Source of the DNA: Opitutus sp. GAS368
GTDB taxonomy: Bacteria > Verrucomicrobiota > Verrucomicrobiia > Opitutales > Opitutaceae
Direction of reading: 5' to 3'
Assembly: GCA_945861645.1 (NCBI GenBank)
Contig: CAMAVZ010000002.1
Location: forward strand, 44,787 to 108,786
DNA: 64,000 nt
Both the position numbers and the translations under genes were made by a program. Under the pieces are notes generated by a model. The model made no database searches and had not been told where the DNA came from. It saw nothing but the letters and a program-made list of their open reading frames with translations. Positions 10,082 to 19,693 of this stretch are shown here, piece after piece; the stretch's first letter is position 1; every line of letters starts with the position of its first letter.

Positions 10082-10123
10082 GGTAATTGGTTGGGGGTTA
10101 TTGGTTATCGGTTATGGGTAAAT
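10082..10123. repeat. Six degenerate tandem heptamers (GGTWATN-like)
   Basis: GGTAATT GGTTGGG GGTTATT GGTTATC GGTTATG GGTAAAT. Confidence 0.6.
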
Positions 10124-10301
10124 TCAACTTAAAACCTTCATTACGCGGGCGGGAGAGATAGTTCTTAGTTTTATGGTTTAAGCTCGGACCCTGCGCACAG
10201 CTTCGGGCTTTTTGGGGCTGATCCCGCTATGAAATTAAGGCTCAAGGGCGATGACCAGTGGATCAGCCTAGGACCTCTCACCCATGACCGAGCACCTTCC
10301 T

Positions 10302-11273
10302 TCAGCACACCAAGGCGCCGAAGTCCATGAAGTCAGCGGTGAACCCACCTTTGACCCCTTTGCAGATCACGCTGACCGCATCGTGAGAATGCAGCGACTC
10401 GAGATGGGAACAAGCTATGCGGAAATCCTTAATCCGGCGATCGGCATCAAAGGCTTGATAAAGTAAGCGGGCGGCATCTTCGACAAATTTGAGGTTCGCC
10501 CCATTCAACTCCGCAAAGGCCTGCTCATCTTCTCGCTTCACCATCACCTGGGTTTCCGTCTGCAAGGCAGCCAAACAAAGCGCATGCACATCCTCGAGCC
10601 AGATTTTTTTTCCGTCGCTCTCTTCTAATGTAATCCGAGCCTTACTGCGCTGAGAATGCGACACGCCGTACGCACCTCGTTGGTCGCGGGCGTGCTCCGT
10701 TAATTCGGCCGAGCAGGGACACGCAGATGAATAAACAAAATCAAAATGAATGAAGCGACGATAGCGACCATCGCGGGTCACCACCCCCTCAAAGGCCACC
10801 GCATAAAACTGAAAACCGGCCAGACCGCTGCGCAAGCTGTCGCGCACCATCGGATAGGAGAAAGCAATTTTTAGCCGTGCATCCTTGCTCGCGACCGTGT
10901 GCAGATAACTTTTTAAAATTTTACCCATCCACTCGCCCGTCGTAACGGCATCTTTATGTTCATAAAAAGAACGCATGATACGGCCCATATTGATACCCTT
11001 GAGCTCAGCCTCGAGCGAGACCGTGCCGGTCACACTGGTTTCTAACGTGAGAATCTTGCCGGCTTTAGTGCGATACTTAAGGGGCAACTTGAAGTTATGA
11101 ATCCCGACCTGTTGAATGGGCACATTGGCGCCCTGAATGGCCTCATGCGCCACCTCCATCATGTCGGGCATACTTGCGCGATAGGCGGCTGAGGCGCGGA
11201 ATTTCTGATCATACTTTGACTTAACTAAGGGCGGCTGCCCGCTGCTCGAGCGGTGAAGATACATCTGTTTCAT
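10302..11273 (-). CDS. folE2: GTP cyclohydrolase IB (FolE2)
   Basis: [33 protein letters not shown] and ESLHSHDA motifs. Confidence 0.92.
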   Translation of the reverse strand: MKQMYLHRSSSGQPPLVKSKYDQKFRASAAYRASMPDMMEVAHEAIQGANVPIQQVGIHNFKLPLKYRTKAGKILTLETSVTGTVSLEAELKGINMGRIMRSFYEHKDAVTTGEWMGKILKSYLHTVASKDARLKIAFSYPMVRDSLRSGLAGFQFYAVAFEGVVTRDGRYRRFIHFDFVYSSACPCSAELTEHARDQRGAYGVSHSQRSKARITLEESDGKKIWLEDVHALCLAALQTETQVMVKREDEQAFAELNGANLKFVEDAARLLYQAFDADRRIKDFRIACSHLESLHSHDAVSVICKGVKGGFTADFMDFGALVC

Positions 11274-11332
11274 GGAGAACGGGTCGTTTTTGGTTGGTAG
11301 GCCCGCGGGTGACGTTAACCGCGGTAAATTAA

Positions 11333-11809
11333 TTATTGCGGGTCGGGTCCGAAATACTCGGCAAAATTGCGCGGCGTCTCGTATAAACGCACGCAGTGTA
11401 ATTGCCCGCTCGTGATGTGCGGGGCAATCTCCTGCCAGAAGGCGATGACCAGATTTTCGGTGGAAGGATTTACCCCGCGTAGAAAATCTACCTCTTCGTT
11501 GAGGTTGCGATGATCACATTTGTCGACGACCGCGCTCATGATAATCTGCTTTAACTTACCTAAATCCATAAGGTACCCCGTTTCTGGGTCGGGCACACCG
11601 CGCAGGGTTACCTCGAGCACATAATTGTGGCCATGCCAGTGGGGATTAGTGCAAAGCCCATAGTGCGAATCATTCCACGCCTGACTCTTACTGGGATTAT
11701 GCAGGCGGTGCGCCGAATTAAAATGAACCTGCCGCGTAATATAAACGTTCCCCGCCCGCCCGCGGGTGGGAGCAGCAGATGATGCATGAGGGGAGGCCGA
11801 TGACGACAT
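11333..11809 (-). CDS. 6-pyruvoyl-tetrahydropterin synthase-like protein (COG0720, C-x5-HGH PTPS-II type)
   Basis: [31 protein letters not shown] and LYET motifs. Confidence 0.88.
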   Translation of the reverse strand: MSSSASPHASSAAPTRGRAGNVYITRQVHFNSAHRLHNPSKSQAWNDSHYGLCTNPHWHGHNYVLEVTLRGVPDPETGYLMDLGKLKQIIMSAVVDKCDHRNLNEEVDFLRGVNPSTENLVIAFWQEIAPHITSGQLHCVRLYETPRNFAEYFGPDPQ

Positions 11810-11919
11810 GAGGAGCAAGCGAAGTCAGATTTTCCTTGGCGTCAACCTCCACGACCCAGCGAGCTATCCGTTAAAATAACGATTGCACGACTTACGCTGG
11901 ACCCTGTTCATCCCCCTGC

Positions 11920-12717
11920 ATGGCGATGCGCTTTAGTATTTTAGGCAGCGGGAGTAGCGGGAATGCTGCCTTCCTGCAGACCGATAACACGCGCGTCTTG
12001 ATTGACGCTGGCTTCTCGGCGAAACGGTTGGCGGGTATGCTCGAAAGCTTGGGAGAAAAAATCGAATCGATTGATGCGATCCTGTTAACGCACGAGCATA
12101 GTGATCATGCCGCTGGGCTGAAGGGGCTGGCCCGCTATCCGCAGATTAAAGTTTTTGCTAATCGCGCCACCGCGACCAAAGCCCAAACAGGACTCAAGCA
12201 TCGCATACCCTGGCAGCTTTTTGAAACGGGGAGCACCTTTCAGTTTCGTGATTTAGAAATTAGCAGCTTCGCCGTGCCGCACGATGCACAGGAGCCGGTG
12301 GGATTTTTTATCGCGCACGGTGAAAATGATCTGCTCTCGCCGCGCCGCAGTTTGGCTTGGCTCACCGATCTGGGCCATGCCCCAGTACACGTGCGGGAAC
12401 GCATTCGGGCAGCGGATGTGTTGGTGGTTGAAGCTAATCACTGTGCACAAATGCTTGAGGCTGACACCAAACGCCCCTGGAGCACCAAACAGCGGATCAG
12501 CGGGCGACATGGCCATCTCTCCAATGCCGCCGCGCGCGAGTTGCTTGAATCCGTCACGGAGTCCCGCTGGCGCCAAGTTTTCTTCGCCCACCTCAGCCAA
12601 GATTGCAATTCCCCTGCGGCGGTGGCGACCGCCTGCGGCCCCGTACTCACGGCCCGCGGCTGCAGTTTTTCGGTCGTCGCCGCCGGCGCCAGCACCCCTT
12701 TCTACGAATTCGCTTAG
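11920..12717 (+). CDS. MBL-fold metallo-hydrolase (YycJ/WalJ-like)
   Basis: GSGSSGN, THEHSDH, VPHDA, GHLSN and AHLS motifs. Confidence 0.88.
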   Translation: MAMRFSILGSGSSGNAAFLQTDNTRVLIDAGFSAKRLAGMLESLGEKIESIDAILLTHEHSDHAAGLKGLARYPQIKVFANRATATKAQTGLKHRIPWQLFETGSTFQFRDLEISSFAVPHDAQEPVGFFIAHGENDLLSPRRSLAWLTDLGHAPVHVRERIRAADVLVVEANHCAQMLEADTKRPWSTKQRISGRHGHLSNAAARELLESVTESRWRQVFFAHLSQDCNSPAAVATACGPVLTARGCSFSVVAAGASTPFYEFA

Positions 12718-12763
12718 AGCCGGCTCCACTCGGCCACGCGGCAGCGGTAATTAAACGCAGGGC

Positions 12764-14227
12764 TTACTTCGTGGCGGGCTGCTCGTGTTCGGCGATATAT
12801 TTTCGCGTCGCATCGGGCAACTCATGCCAAATACGCCAAGCAATCACACTGCCAAGTAGGGCAAAGGGCATTAGAAAAATGGGCCACCACTGCCAGCTGT
12901 AACCGGAGAGATAGCCCACGCTGATTGATTGTACGCTGCTCCCCAGATAAACACAGCCGTCCAAAATACCGGAGCAGGTCGCCGTCGCTTTGCGGCCACC
13001 AAAATCGGCCGCCGCCGTGCCGGACATTAACGAATGGACGCCGGTCACAGCCCCGACGATGAGCAGGGCGGAGACGCCGACCACCAGCGGATGGGAAAAA
13101 ATCGTCATCGCCATCACCGCCGCCATTAAAAACATAAAGAGGCTAAACATCGCCGCCGGGGGGCCACGCCGCGATTGGAATAATTTGTCAGAGATCAATC
13201 CGCCGGCGAAGGCGCCGACGATGCCGAAGATGCACAAGAGCAAGCCCCAGTTGGCGAGAATGCCTTCCGCCCCCACCTGCTTCACATCGTGGGCAAAAAC
13301 TGAATACCATTGCATGATCCCGTTGCGCAGCACCCCCGAGGTGAGCTCCACCCCCGCAAACATCAGCATGAGGGGATTACAGAAAACTTTCTTCAGCAAA
13401 TCGCGGGTCGAATATTCCTCATGCATGTGACCAGACGAGGCATCGTGCGTGTCGAGATGCGGAAAACCCGCTTCCTCCGGAGTATCTTTAATGAGCCAAA
13501 AATCCAAGACCACCCAGATAAGTAAGATGGCGGCAGGAATGAAAAATACGGCCCACGTGGCATCGACGCCCAAGCCCGTCGGCATAAACAAACGGCGAAT
13601 CAGGACCGGCAACCAATGATCGGTCGCGAGCGCATTGACCTGGGTCATTTTAATAATTGCCGCGCCCCAATCGAAGGCGAAATAAACGCCGAAGGATATG
13701 AGCGTGCCAAAAATCGCCCCGAACAAACCGCGCTCCCGTACATGAAACCAGTTGGCTTTGACCTTAATAATGGAGACCGCGCCGTAGCTTTGAAAATACA
13801 TATTGAGGGCGTAAAGGACGGAGAACACTCCCACTAACCGCATCTGCAATCGACCGGTCACCACCAGCCAAGTGACCACCCCAAGCCCCAGGTTCGCCAG
13901 GGAAGCACCCAACGCGGCAATAATTATTCCTTTCTTTCCGCCAATTTTATCCACCAGCGGTCCGTTCACGAGAAATGACAGGGCATAAGTTCCCGTGCCG
14001 GCCGCAAAGATTAGCCCAAATTCCTCATTCGTCATCAGGCTGCCGAGCGCCGTTTTTGCCACCGTTAAATTATAGCGCCCCATGTAGAGAAACGCATACG
14101 TCATCCCGAGAGGGAACCAATTGATGAAGCGACGGCTTAAAAACCACGGGCCATGCTTGAGCGGATTATTATAAAAATAAATTCCGATGACAATCAGCAG
14201 ACAGAAACCGACGAGGCCGAGATCCAT
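12764..14227 (-). CDS. MFS transporter, organophosphate:Pi antiporter (GlpT/UhpC-like)
   Basis: YAFLYMGRYNL, WFHVRERG, SDKLFQSRRGP and about 12 hydrophobic segments. Start taken at ATG 14227. Confidence 0.8.
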   Translation of the reverse strand: MDLGLVGFCLLIVIGIYFYNNPLKHGPWFLSRRFINWFPLGMTYAFLYMGRYNLTVAKTALGSLMTNEEFGLIFAAGTGTYALSFLVNGPLVDKIGGKKGIIIAALGASLANLGLGVVTWLVVTGRLQMRLVGVFSVLYALNMYFQSYGAVSIIKVKANWFHVRERGLFGAIFGTLISFGVYFAFDWGAAIIKMTQVNALATDHWLPVLIRRLFMPTGLGVDATWAVFFIPAAILLIWVVLDFWLIKDTPEEAGFPHLDTHDASSGHMHEEYSTRDLLKKVFCNPLMLMFAGVELTSGVLRNGIMQWYSVFAHDVKQVGAEGILANWGLLLCIFGIVGAFAGGLISDKLFQSRRGPPAAMFSLFMFLMAAVMAMTIFSHPLVVGVSALLIVGAVTGVHSLMSGTAAADFGGRKATATCSGILDGCVYLGSSVQSISVGYLSGYSWQWWPIFLMPFALLGSVIAWRIWHELPDATRKYIAEHEQPATK

Positions 14228-14525
14228 AAAACTGGGTGGGGGGTGGGAAGAGCGGTTAAGTAGCCGCAATGAAAAGTATTATCCGCTAAAACTAAAGCGC
14301 GCGCCAAACAACGCACGCCGAAAATCTCGGCCGCCGGTAAATTGATTGGTCGCCACCTGATTGTAACCAAGCGACGGCTAGGTCTGACCCGCCAGCTATC
14401 GACGCGACGCTCAGCAAGTTAAAACCGACGAGACCGCCGCCGCCCTGACTGGATCCACAGACCCTCGGCAGGCCGAGGGGAATAGGCTTTGCTGACTGGC
14501 GTGATAGCTGCTTAATCCTCTGCCG

Positions 14526-15971
14526 ATGTCTTCCACCACTTCCCTGCGGCGCACCAAAATTATTGCCACCCTGGGGCCGGCCACGGAAAGCGAGGCCATG
14601 CTGGTAAAACTCATCACCGCAGGCGTCGACGTCGTTCGGCTGAATATGGCGCACGCTAAGCATGACTGGACGCGCCTAATCATTCGCCGCATTCGCGTCG
14701 CGGCCCAGCAAGCTGGACGCGAAGTAGCCATCATGATGGACATTAAAGGTCCCGAAATCCGGACCGGCGATTTAGCGGTACCGCTCGAGCTGCGCGTTGG
14801 AGAAATTTTTGACTTCACCGTCAAACCCGGAGCCGAACGCGCTAGCGGCGAAGAAATCCGCTCCGTCGATGTGAATTATCGCGACCTCGTTAATGACATC
14901 AAAATTGGTGATACCGTCCTCGTTGATAGCGGTCTCATCCGCCTCGAGGTCCTCACCAAAGATCAGGCACACATTCGCTGCCGCGTGCTCACGCCGGGTT
15001 CGCTGACATCGCGCCGCCACATCAATCTGCCAGGCGTGCATGTTAATCTCCCCTCTTTCACGGAGAAAGATAAGGCGGACACGATCGTCGGCATTGAAGA
15101 GGGGGTCGACTTTATCGCGCTATCGTTTGTGCGCGAAGCCTCCGACATTGAAAAACTCCGGCTTTTTTTGCAGGAGAGAAATTCCCCCGCGCGCATTGTC
15201 GCTAAAATCGAGGATCAGTCCGCCATCGATAACCTCGATGACATCATCCGAGCGACCGACGTCTTGATGGTCGCCCGCGGCGATCTGGGCATTGAAGTGC
15301 CGCTGCAAGAGCTGCCGGTGATTCAGCGCCGCGCCGTCCGCACCTGTTTAGCGATCGGCCGACCTGTCATTATTGCCACCCACATGCTGGAATCAATGAT
15401 CACCCAGCCGATGCCCAACCGCGCGGAAATTACGGATGTAGCGAACGCGGTTTATGAGCAGGCCGACTGCGTCATGCTCTCAGGGGAAACGACCATCGGG
15501 CAATATCCGCTCGAGTGCGTGCGGATTCTCGACACCATCGCGCGCCGGATTGAGGCGGAGCAGACAACAGATATCCTCGAGCCCGCCGTGTTTATCGGGG
15601 AGCGCATGAAGGTATTTCGTGCCGCCGTCGTGCTGGCCAACGAAATTCCGCGATCACTGATTGTCGTATTTACGCGGCATGGCACCAATGCCGCTGGCCT
15701 CGCCGCCCACCGACCACCGCATGCACCTATTCTCGCCATCACTGACTGCGTGGAAACGATGCGTCATTTGCGCATCGTCCGAGCCGTAGAGCCTTTTTTA
15801 CTCACGCCCTTCAGCAATCCCGAAGCCACGATCGAACGAGCGATCGCCTCCCTACTAAAATTGGGCCGCATTCGCGAGGGCGACAAATTGATCATTGTTT
15901 CCGATATCCAGACGAAAGATCGGCGCATTGATAGTATTCAACTACGCGAAGTTTTTGCTTCGACTCTGTAA
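14526..15971 (+). CDS. pyk: Pyruvate kinase
   Basis: RRTKIIATLGPA, KGPEIRTG, AKIE, MVARGDLG and MLSGET motifs. Confidence 0.96.
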   Translation: MSSTTSLRRTKIIATLGPATESEAMLVKLITAGVDVVRLNMAHAKHDWTRLIIRRIRVAAQQAGREVAIMMDIKGPEIRTGDLAVPLELRVGEIFDFTVKPGAERASGEEIRSVDVNYRDLVNDIKIGDTVLVDSGLIRLEVLTKDQAHIRCRVLTPGSLTSRRHINLPGVHVNLPSFTEKDKADTIVGIEEGVDFIALSFVREASDIEKLRLFLQERNSPARIVAKIEDQSAIDNLDDIIRATDVLMVARGDLGIEVPLQELPVIQRRAVRTCLAIGRPVIIATHMLESMITQPMPNRAEITDVANAVYEQADCVMLSGETTIGQYPLECVRILDTIARRIEAEQTTDILEPAVFIGERMKVFRAAVVLANEIPRSLIVVFTRHGTNAAGLAAHRPPHAPILAITDCVETMRHLRIVRAVEPFLLTPFSNPEATIERAIASLLKLGRIREGDKLIIVSDIQTKDRRIDSIQLREVFASTL

Positions 15972-16067
15972 ATTAATTATTGCTCGGCATAATAATTATA
16001 AAAAATACCCGCAAAAACTGCTTCAGGCCTCGCCGGCAAGCGACCTGAAGATCTTTTCCACAGCCAC

Positions 16068-16649
16068 TTAGTCGGCAGAAAATAAAGTGCGCTTGAGCAG
16101 TTGCCGCGCACGATAGAGGCGATTCTCCACTGCTTTCGGGGTGCAGTCCAAGGCTGCGGCAATCTCGGCGGTAGTTTGCTCCTCATATTCGAAAAGAATG
16201 AGCGCGGTGCGCAAGTCGAGCGGCAGCGCCGCCACCGCTTGTTGCACGGCTAGAATTTGCTCCTGCCGTAACGCGCTCTGCGCCGCGGAACCCCCTGAAC
16301 GGGATTCATCGGCGATTTCCCCGCCGGCCTCAATCCACGCATCGAGGGAATGCACCGGGTGACGCTGCCACCAACGCAAACGATTCTTAGCTAAATTAGC
16401 CGTAATCGCGTAACACCAAGTGGAAAATTTTGCGCCCGGCCGATAATGAGTGCGCTTAGTAAAAATCCGGCAAAAAACTTCCTGCGCGAGATTCTCCGCT
16501 TCCGTCGCATTACCGAGTAGCCTAAAAATAAAACGCTTCACGGGCATCTCCCACCGCTCCATCAGCGCCGCCAAAGCCGCTTCTTCTCCACCCTGTAAGC
16601 GGCGCATCAACTCTTCATCGCTGGCGCCAGTAGCTAGATCAGCAGCCAT
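16068..16649 (-). CDS. ECF sigma factor (CnrH-like position)
   Basis: DEELM, AENLAQEVF and FSTWCYAI in region 2; EIAAALDCTPKAVENRLYRAR in region 4. Confidence 0.9.
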   Translation of the reverse strand: MAADLATGASDEELMRRLQGGEEAALAALMERWEMPVKRFIFRLLGNATEAENLAQEVFCRIFTKRTHYRPGAKFSTWCYAITANLAKNRLRWWQRHPVHSLDAWIEAGGEIADESRSGGSAAQSALRQEQILAVQQAVAALPLDLRTALILFEYEEQTTAEIAAALDCTPKAVENRLYRARQLLKRTLFSAD

Positions 16650-16652
16650 GAT

Positions 16653-17129
16653 TCAATGCGTATGATTCATCTGCAAATTGGGCGCCGTCGCATGATCAAA
16701 AGCGGCAATTTTCGGCAACATCAGCGCCAGATAGCGGCGGCCATCTTCGGCGGCCATCAGCGCGGCCACTTTTTGTACATGAACCGTAAGCGCTTGTTCG
16801 CAAATTGAGCGTAATTCTTTGACGGCCAACTCGGCGGCAGCTCGGGGCCCCGGCGAACTGGTCTTAGCCGTCAGCGCATCGCGCACTTTAGTCGCCTCTT
16901 GAATTAACCGGCAGTGCTCAACGCAGCTACCGGCGTAAGCTTGGTGCACGACTTGAATCGCAGCAAACTGCTGATCGGTGAGATGGAAATCTTGCCGCAG
17001 CCAATGCCAAGCGTCTCCCTTTTCAGCCGCAGCATGCAGTGCTGAGTCACAGCTCAGGCGATAACAAACAAAACCAAAAATCGCTGCGCCCAGCACAATC
17101 AAAGCTAAGGTGCTGACTAAATATTTCAT
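16653..17129 (-). CDS. Membrane-anchored periplasmic heavy-metal sensor-like protein (CnrX/ZraP-like)
   Basis: N-terminal TM segment, WLRQDFHLTDQQFAAI (LTxxQ), H...CVEHC...C...H ligands; lies between an anti-sigma-like gene and the ECF gene. Confidence 0.7.
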   Translation of the reverse strand: MKYLVSTLALIVLGAAIFGFVCYRLSCDSALHAAAEKGDAWHWLRQDFHLTDQQFAAIQVVHQAYAGSCVEHCRLIQEATKVRDALTAKTSSPGPRAAAELAVKELRSICEQALTVHVQKVAALMAAEDGRRYLALMLPKIAAFDHATAPNLQMNHTH

Positions 17130-17437
17130 GGCTGGATCGACAACAGCCCAGCCTGCACTCGAGGGTCGAGCTCTACTAAATAGGTGCTGACCAACACCTC
17201 ACGATCCATGCGCGCACGGATGACGGCCGCAGTTCGACCGGTGTAGGCCGCGATCCCGCAGGCCGCGATAGCTGTGAACAGCCAAACCACCGCATGGGGC
17301 CGCAAATAATCTGCCCAGGTATCGTGAGCTGATCGCCGCAGGCGCGCCCAAACCTGCGGCCGAAAGGCTGAATCCGCAGGTGGACTCACCCGCCAAGCAC
17401 GCAAACGCTCGGTTAAGCTATCAGGGGGAATAGTCAT
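17126..17437 (-). CDS. Small single-TM protein, putative anti-sigma factor (CnrY-like)
   Basis: LRAW..PP...FRPQVWARL N-terminus and one TM segment; ATGA overlap with the sensor gene. Confidence 0.65.
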   Translation of the reverse strand: MTIPPDSLTERLRAWRVSPPADSAFRPQVWARLRRSAHDTWADYLRPHAVVWLFTAIAACGIAAYTGRTAAVIRARMDREVLVSTYLVELDPRVQAGLLSIQP

Positions 17438-17449
17438 AGAGAGTTGTAC

Positions 17450-17478
17450 TTAATACACCGCGACCGGACAAATCACTC
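17450..17478 (-). promoter_or_regulatory. Putative ECF promoter for the anti-sigma/sensor/sigma operon
   Basis: Minus strand GAGTGATTT-N10-GGTGTATTAA, ending 12 nt before ATG 17437; 21/29 identical to the copy at 17498-17526. Confidence 0.7.
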
Positions 17479-17497
17479 ACGAGCACTAAAATATTCC

Positions 17498-17526
17498 GAG
17501 GGATTTATGCCTCAGTGGTGTATTAA
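17498..17526 (+). promoter_or_regulatory. Putative ECF promoter for the YHS-like/cusBA unit
   Basis: GAGGGATTT-N10-GGTGTATTAA, the mirror copy of 17450-17478. Confidence 0.7.
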
Positions 17527-17582
17527 TCAATGACGCTCGTCTCATCTTTTGTCCAATGCTCAAATTAACCTATCCCGCTATC

Positions 17583-17915
17583 ATGAAAAACATCCGCCCG
17601 CTCTTTGCTATTTTATTTACGCTCGGCGCCGCCCTGAGCTTTGCCGAAACGAAAGCACCCTCGCCGAATGCCCCCCTAGCGCCCTCGGCGACGTGGCTAG
17701 CCCAAGCCCAAAGCCAGTATCCGCTAAAGACCTGCGTCGTATCGGCAGAAGAGATCGGTGGGGCGATGGGCCCGGGCATCGACTATGTTTATCAACAAGC
17801 GGGCCAACCCGATCGGCTGGTGCGCTTCTGCTGCAAACATTGCCAGCAGGATTTCGATCAAGCACCCGTCAAGTATCTCAAGCTCATCGACGACGCCGCC
17901 GCTAAGGCAAAATAA
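17583..17915 (+). CDS. Exported YHS/TRASH-like metal-binding protein
   Basis: Signal peptide; YPLKTCVVS...MG...VRFCCKHC...F..AP.KY pattern. Confidence 0.75.
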   Translation: MKNIRPLFAILFTLGAALSFAETKAPSPNAPLAPSATWLAQAQSQYPLKTCVVSAEEIGGAMGPGIDYVYQQAGQPDRLVRFCCKHCQQDFDQAPVKYLKLIDDAAAKAK

Positions 17916-18007
17916 CCTTCCACGCGCCCTGGCCTGGCTCGTCACGGCGCCGCCATAAGGGCCCGCTTCTTTCCCTCAAAAAACCACCCCCAGACACCCC
18001 CGACCCA

Positions 18008-19681
18008 ATGATCACACGCTTATGGCTCGTACTCGCGCTGGGCGCGGCAGCGGGAGCAGGCTATTTCTTCGCCGGCTTACCCGTCGCTGCACCGGGCGCT
18101 CTGTCCAGCGTCGCCGCGCGCACCTATCAGTGCCCCATGCACCCGTGGATTAAATTGGATCGACCCGGTAAATGCACAATCTGTGGGATGGATTTGGTTA
18201 CGACCAATCAGCCGGGAGGCAACGACTCGACGGCGGCGGACCCTGATCTTGTCACCTTGACGCCAACGAGCGCCGCCATCACGGGCGTCCAAACAGCGAT
18301 CGTCAAACGCGGTCCATTAATTCGCACCACCCGGGTGGCTGGCGTGATTGCTGATGACGAAACTCGTCACCGCATTCTGGCCGCACGCGTCCCCGGCCGC
18401 GTCGAAAAATTATTCGTGAATTATGTCGGCGCCGAGGTAACCGCCGGCGCGCCTCTCGTAACCATTTACAGTCCAGAATTGCTCACCGCCCAACGCGTTT
18501 ACCTCGAGCGGCTAAAAGCGGGAACTTCGGCCTACACCCAGTCGGAACGTTCCGCCGCCCGCGAACGGTTGCTAGAACTTGGTCTGACCAACGAGGAAAT
18601 CACGATCTTGGAGCACACCCAAGAGCCGACCGCGATTCTCACGGTGCGCGCGCCGATGACTGGCACCGTGGTGACGCGGGCGGCCTACGAAGGGCAATAT
18701 GTGCAAACCAACGACCCGCTCTTTGAGATCGGTGATTTTGCCACGATGTGGTTTGTGTTTGATGCGCACGAAAGCGATTTACCGTGGCTTCAGCTCGGGC
18801 AACAGGTGGAAGTATCCACCGCCAGTCGGCCTGGGCAGATTTTAACCGCCCCGATCGCCTTCATTAATCCCAACCTCAACGCCGCCACGCGGACTGTCAG
18901 TGTGCGGGTCGTCCTCACGAATACCGATCGCACCTTACTCCACGAACAAACGGCCTTAGGTCGTGTGCGCATCGAACAACCTGACACGCTCATCGTCGAA
19001 CGCCGAGCCGTGCTCCAACACAGCGGGGCGCCGATCGTTTATCTAGAACAAGCCAACCATCGTTATATTGCGCGGGCGATTCAGCTCGGACGAATTGGGG
19101 ACGAATTCGCCGAGGTACTCGCGGGCCTAGCCGAGGGCGATCGCGTCGTCACCGAAGCGGCGCTGCTACTGGATAGCCAAGCTCAACTCGCTCATGCCGC
19201 GACGAGCGCTCCCGCGAACGAAGTTATCGCAACGCCATCACGCGTGCGCGACGCCACTCCCCGCAAAGCCTCCGCGGCTAGCTCAGCGCATTTAATCACC
19301 TTGGCCTTAGCGAGCGCCGATGGGGCCGCCGCACTGGCTACTGATAATCTCGGGGCTTACCAGAAAAGTCTCCCCATCATGCGTAGCGCGCTGACCAGCT
19401 ACCTGGCAAATTCCGGTGAGGACAAACGTAGTCCGCTCGCCGACCTGGCCTTGCCCGACCAAGCTGACCTGCGCCTGGCGCGGCGCGACTTCGAATCTTT
19501 TAGTACCGCGCTCGCCGATCTTGTCCGTGAGCAACGTTTACCGACCCATGAAAAAATCTGGATCTTTGAGTGCCCGATGTCGCCCGTCTTAGGCACTGGG
19601 CGGTGGCTGCAGCGTACCGCCGAGCTAAAAAATCCTTTTTTTGGGTCGGCGATGCTGCGCTGCGGCGAAGAGGTAAAATAA
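18008..19681 (+). CDS. cusB: CusB-type RND periplasmic adaptor with N-terminal heavy-metal-binding domain and C-terminal DUF3347-like domain
   Basis: YQCPMHP...CTICGMDL, IYSPEL and C-terminal CPM...NPFFGSAMLRCG motifs. Confidence 0.9.
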   Translation: MITRLWLVLALGAAAGAGYFFAGLPVAAPGALSSVAARTYQCPMHPWIKLDRPGKCTICGMDLVTTNQPGGNDSTAADPDLVTLTPTSAAITGVQTAIVKRGPLIRTTRVAGVIADDETRHRILAARVPGRVEKLFVNYVGAEVTAGAPLVTIYSPELLTAQRVYLERLKAGTSAYTQSERSAARERLLELGLTNEEITILEHTQEPTAILTVRAPMTGTVVTRAAYEGQYVQTNDPLFEIGDFATMWFVFDAHESDLPWLQLGQQVEVSTASRPGQILTAPIAFINPNLNAATRTVSVRVVLTNTDRTLLHEQTALGRVRIEQPDTLIVERRAVLQHSGAPIVYLEQANHRYIARAIQLGRIGDEFAEVLAGLAEGDRVVTEAALLLDSQAQLAHAATSAPANEVIATPSRVRDATPRKASAASSAHLITLALASADGAAALATDNLGAYQKSLPIMRSALTSYLANSGEDKRSPLADLALPDQADLRLARRDFESFSTALADLVREQRLPTHEKIWIFECPMSPVLGTGRWLQRTAELKNPFFGSAMLRCGEEVK

Positions 19682-19693
19682 ATTTATCCGCCC

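Noticed and set aside
11333-11809. queD / 7-deazaguanine modification cluster
   Set aside because: The motif spacing is C-x5-HGH, and no queC, queE, queF or dpd genes lie in the window.
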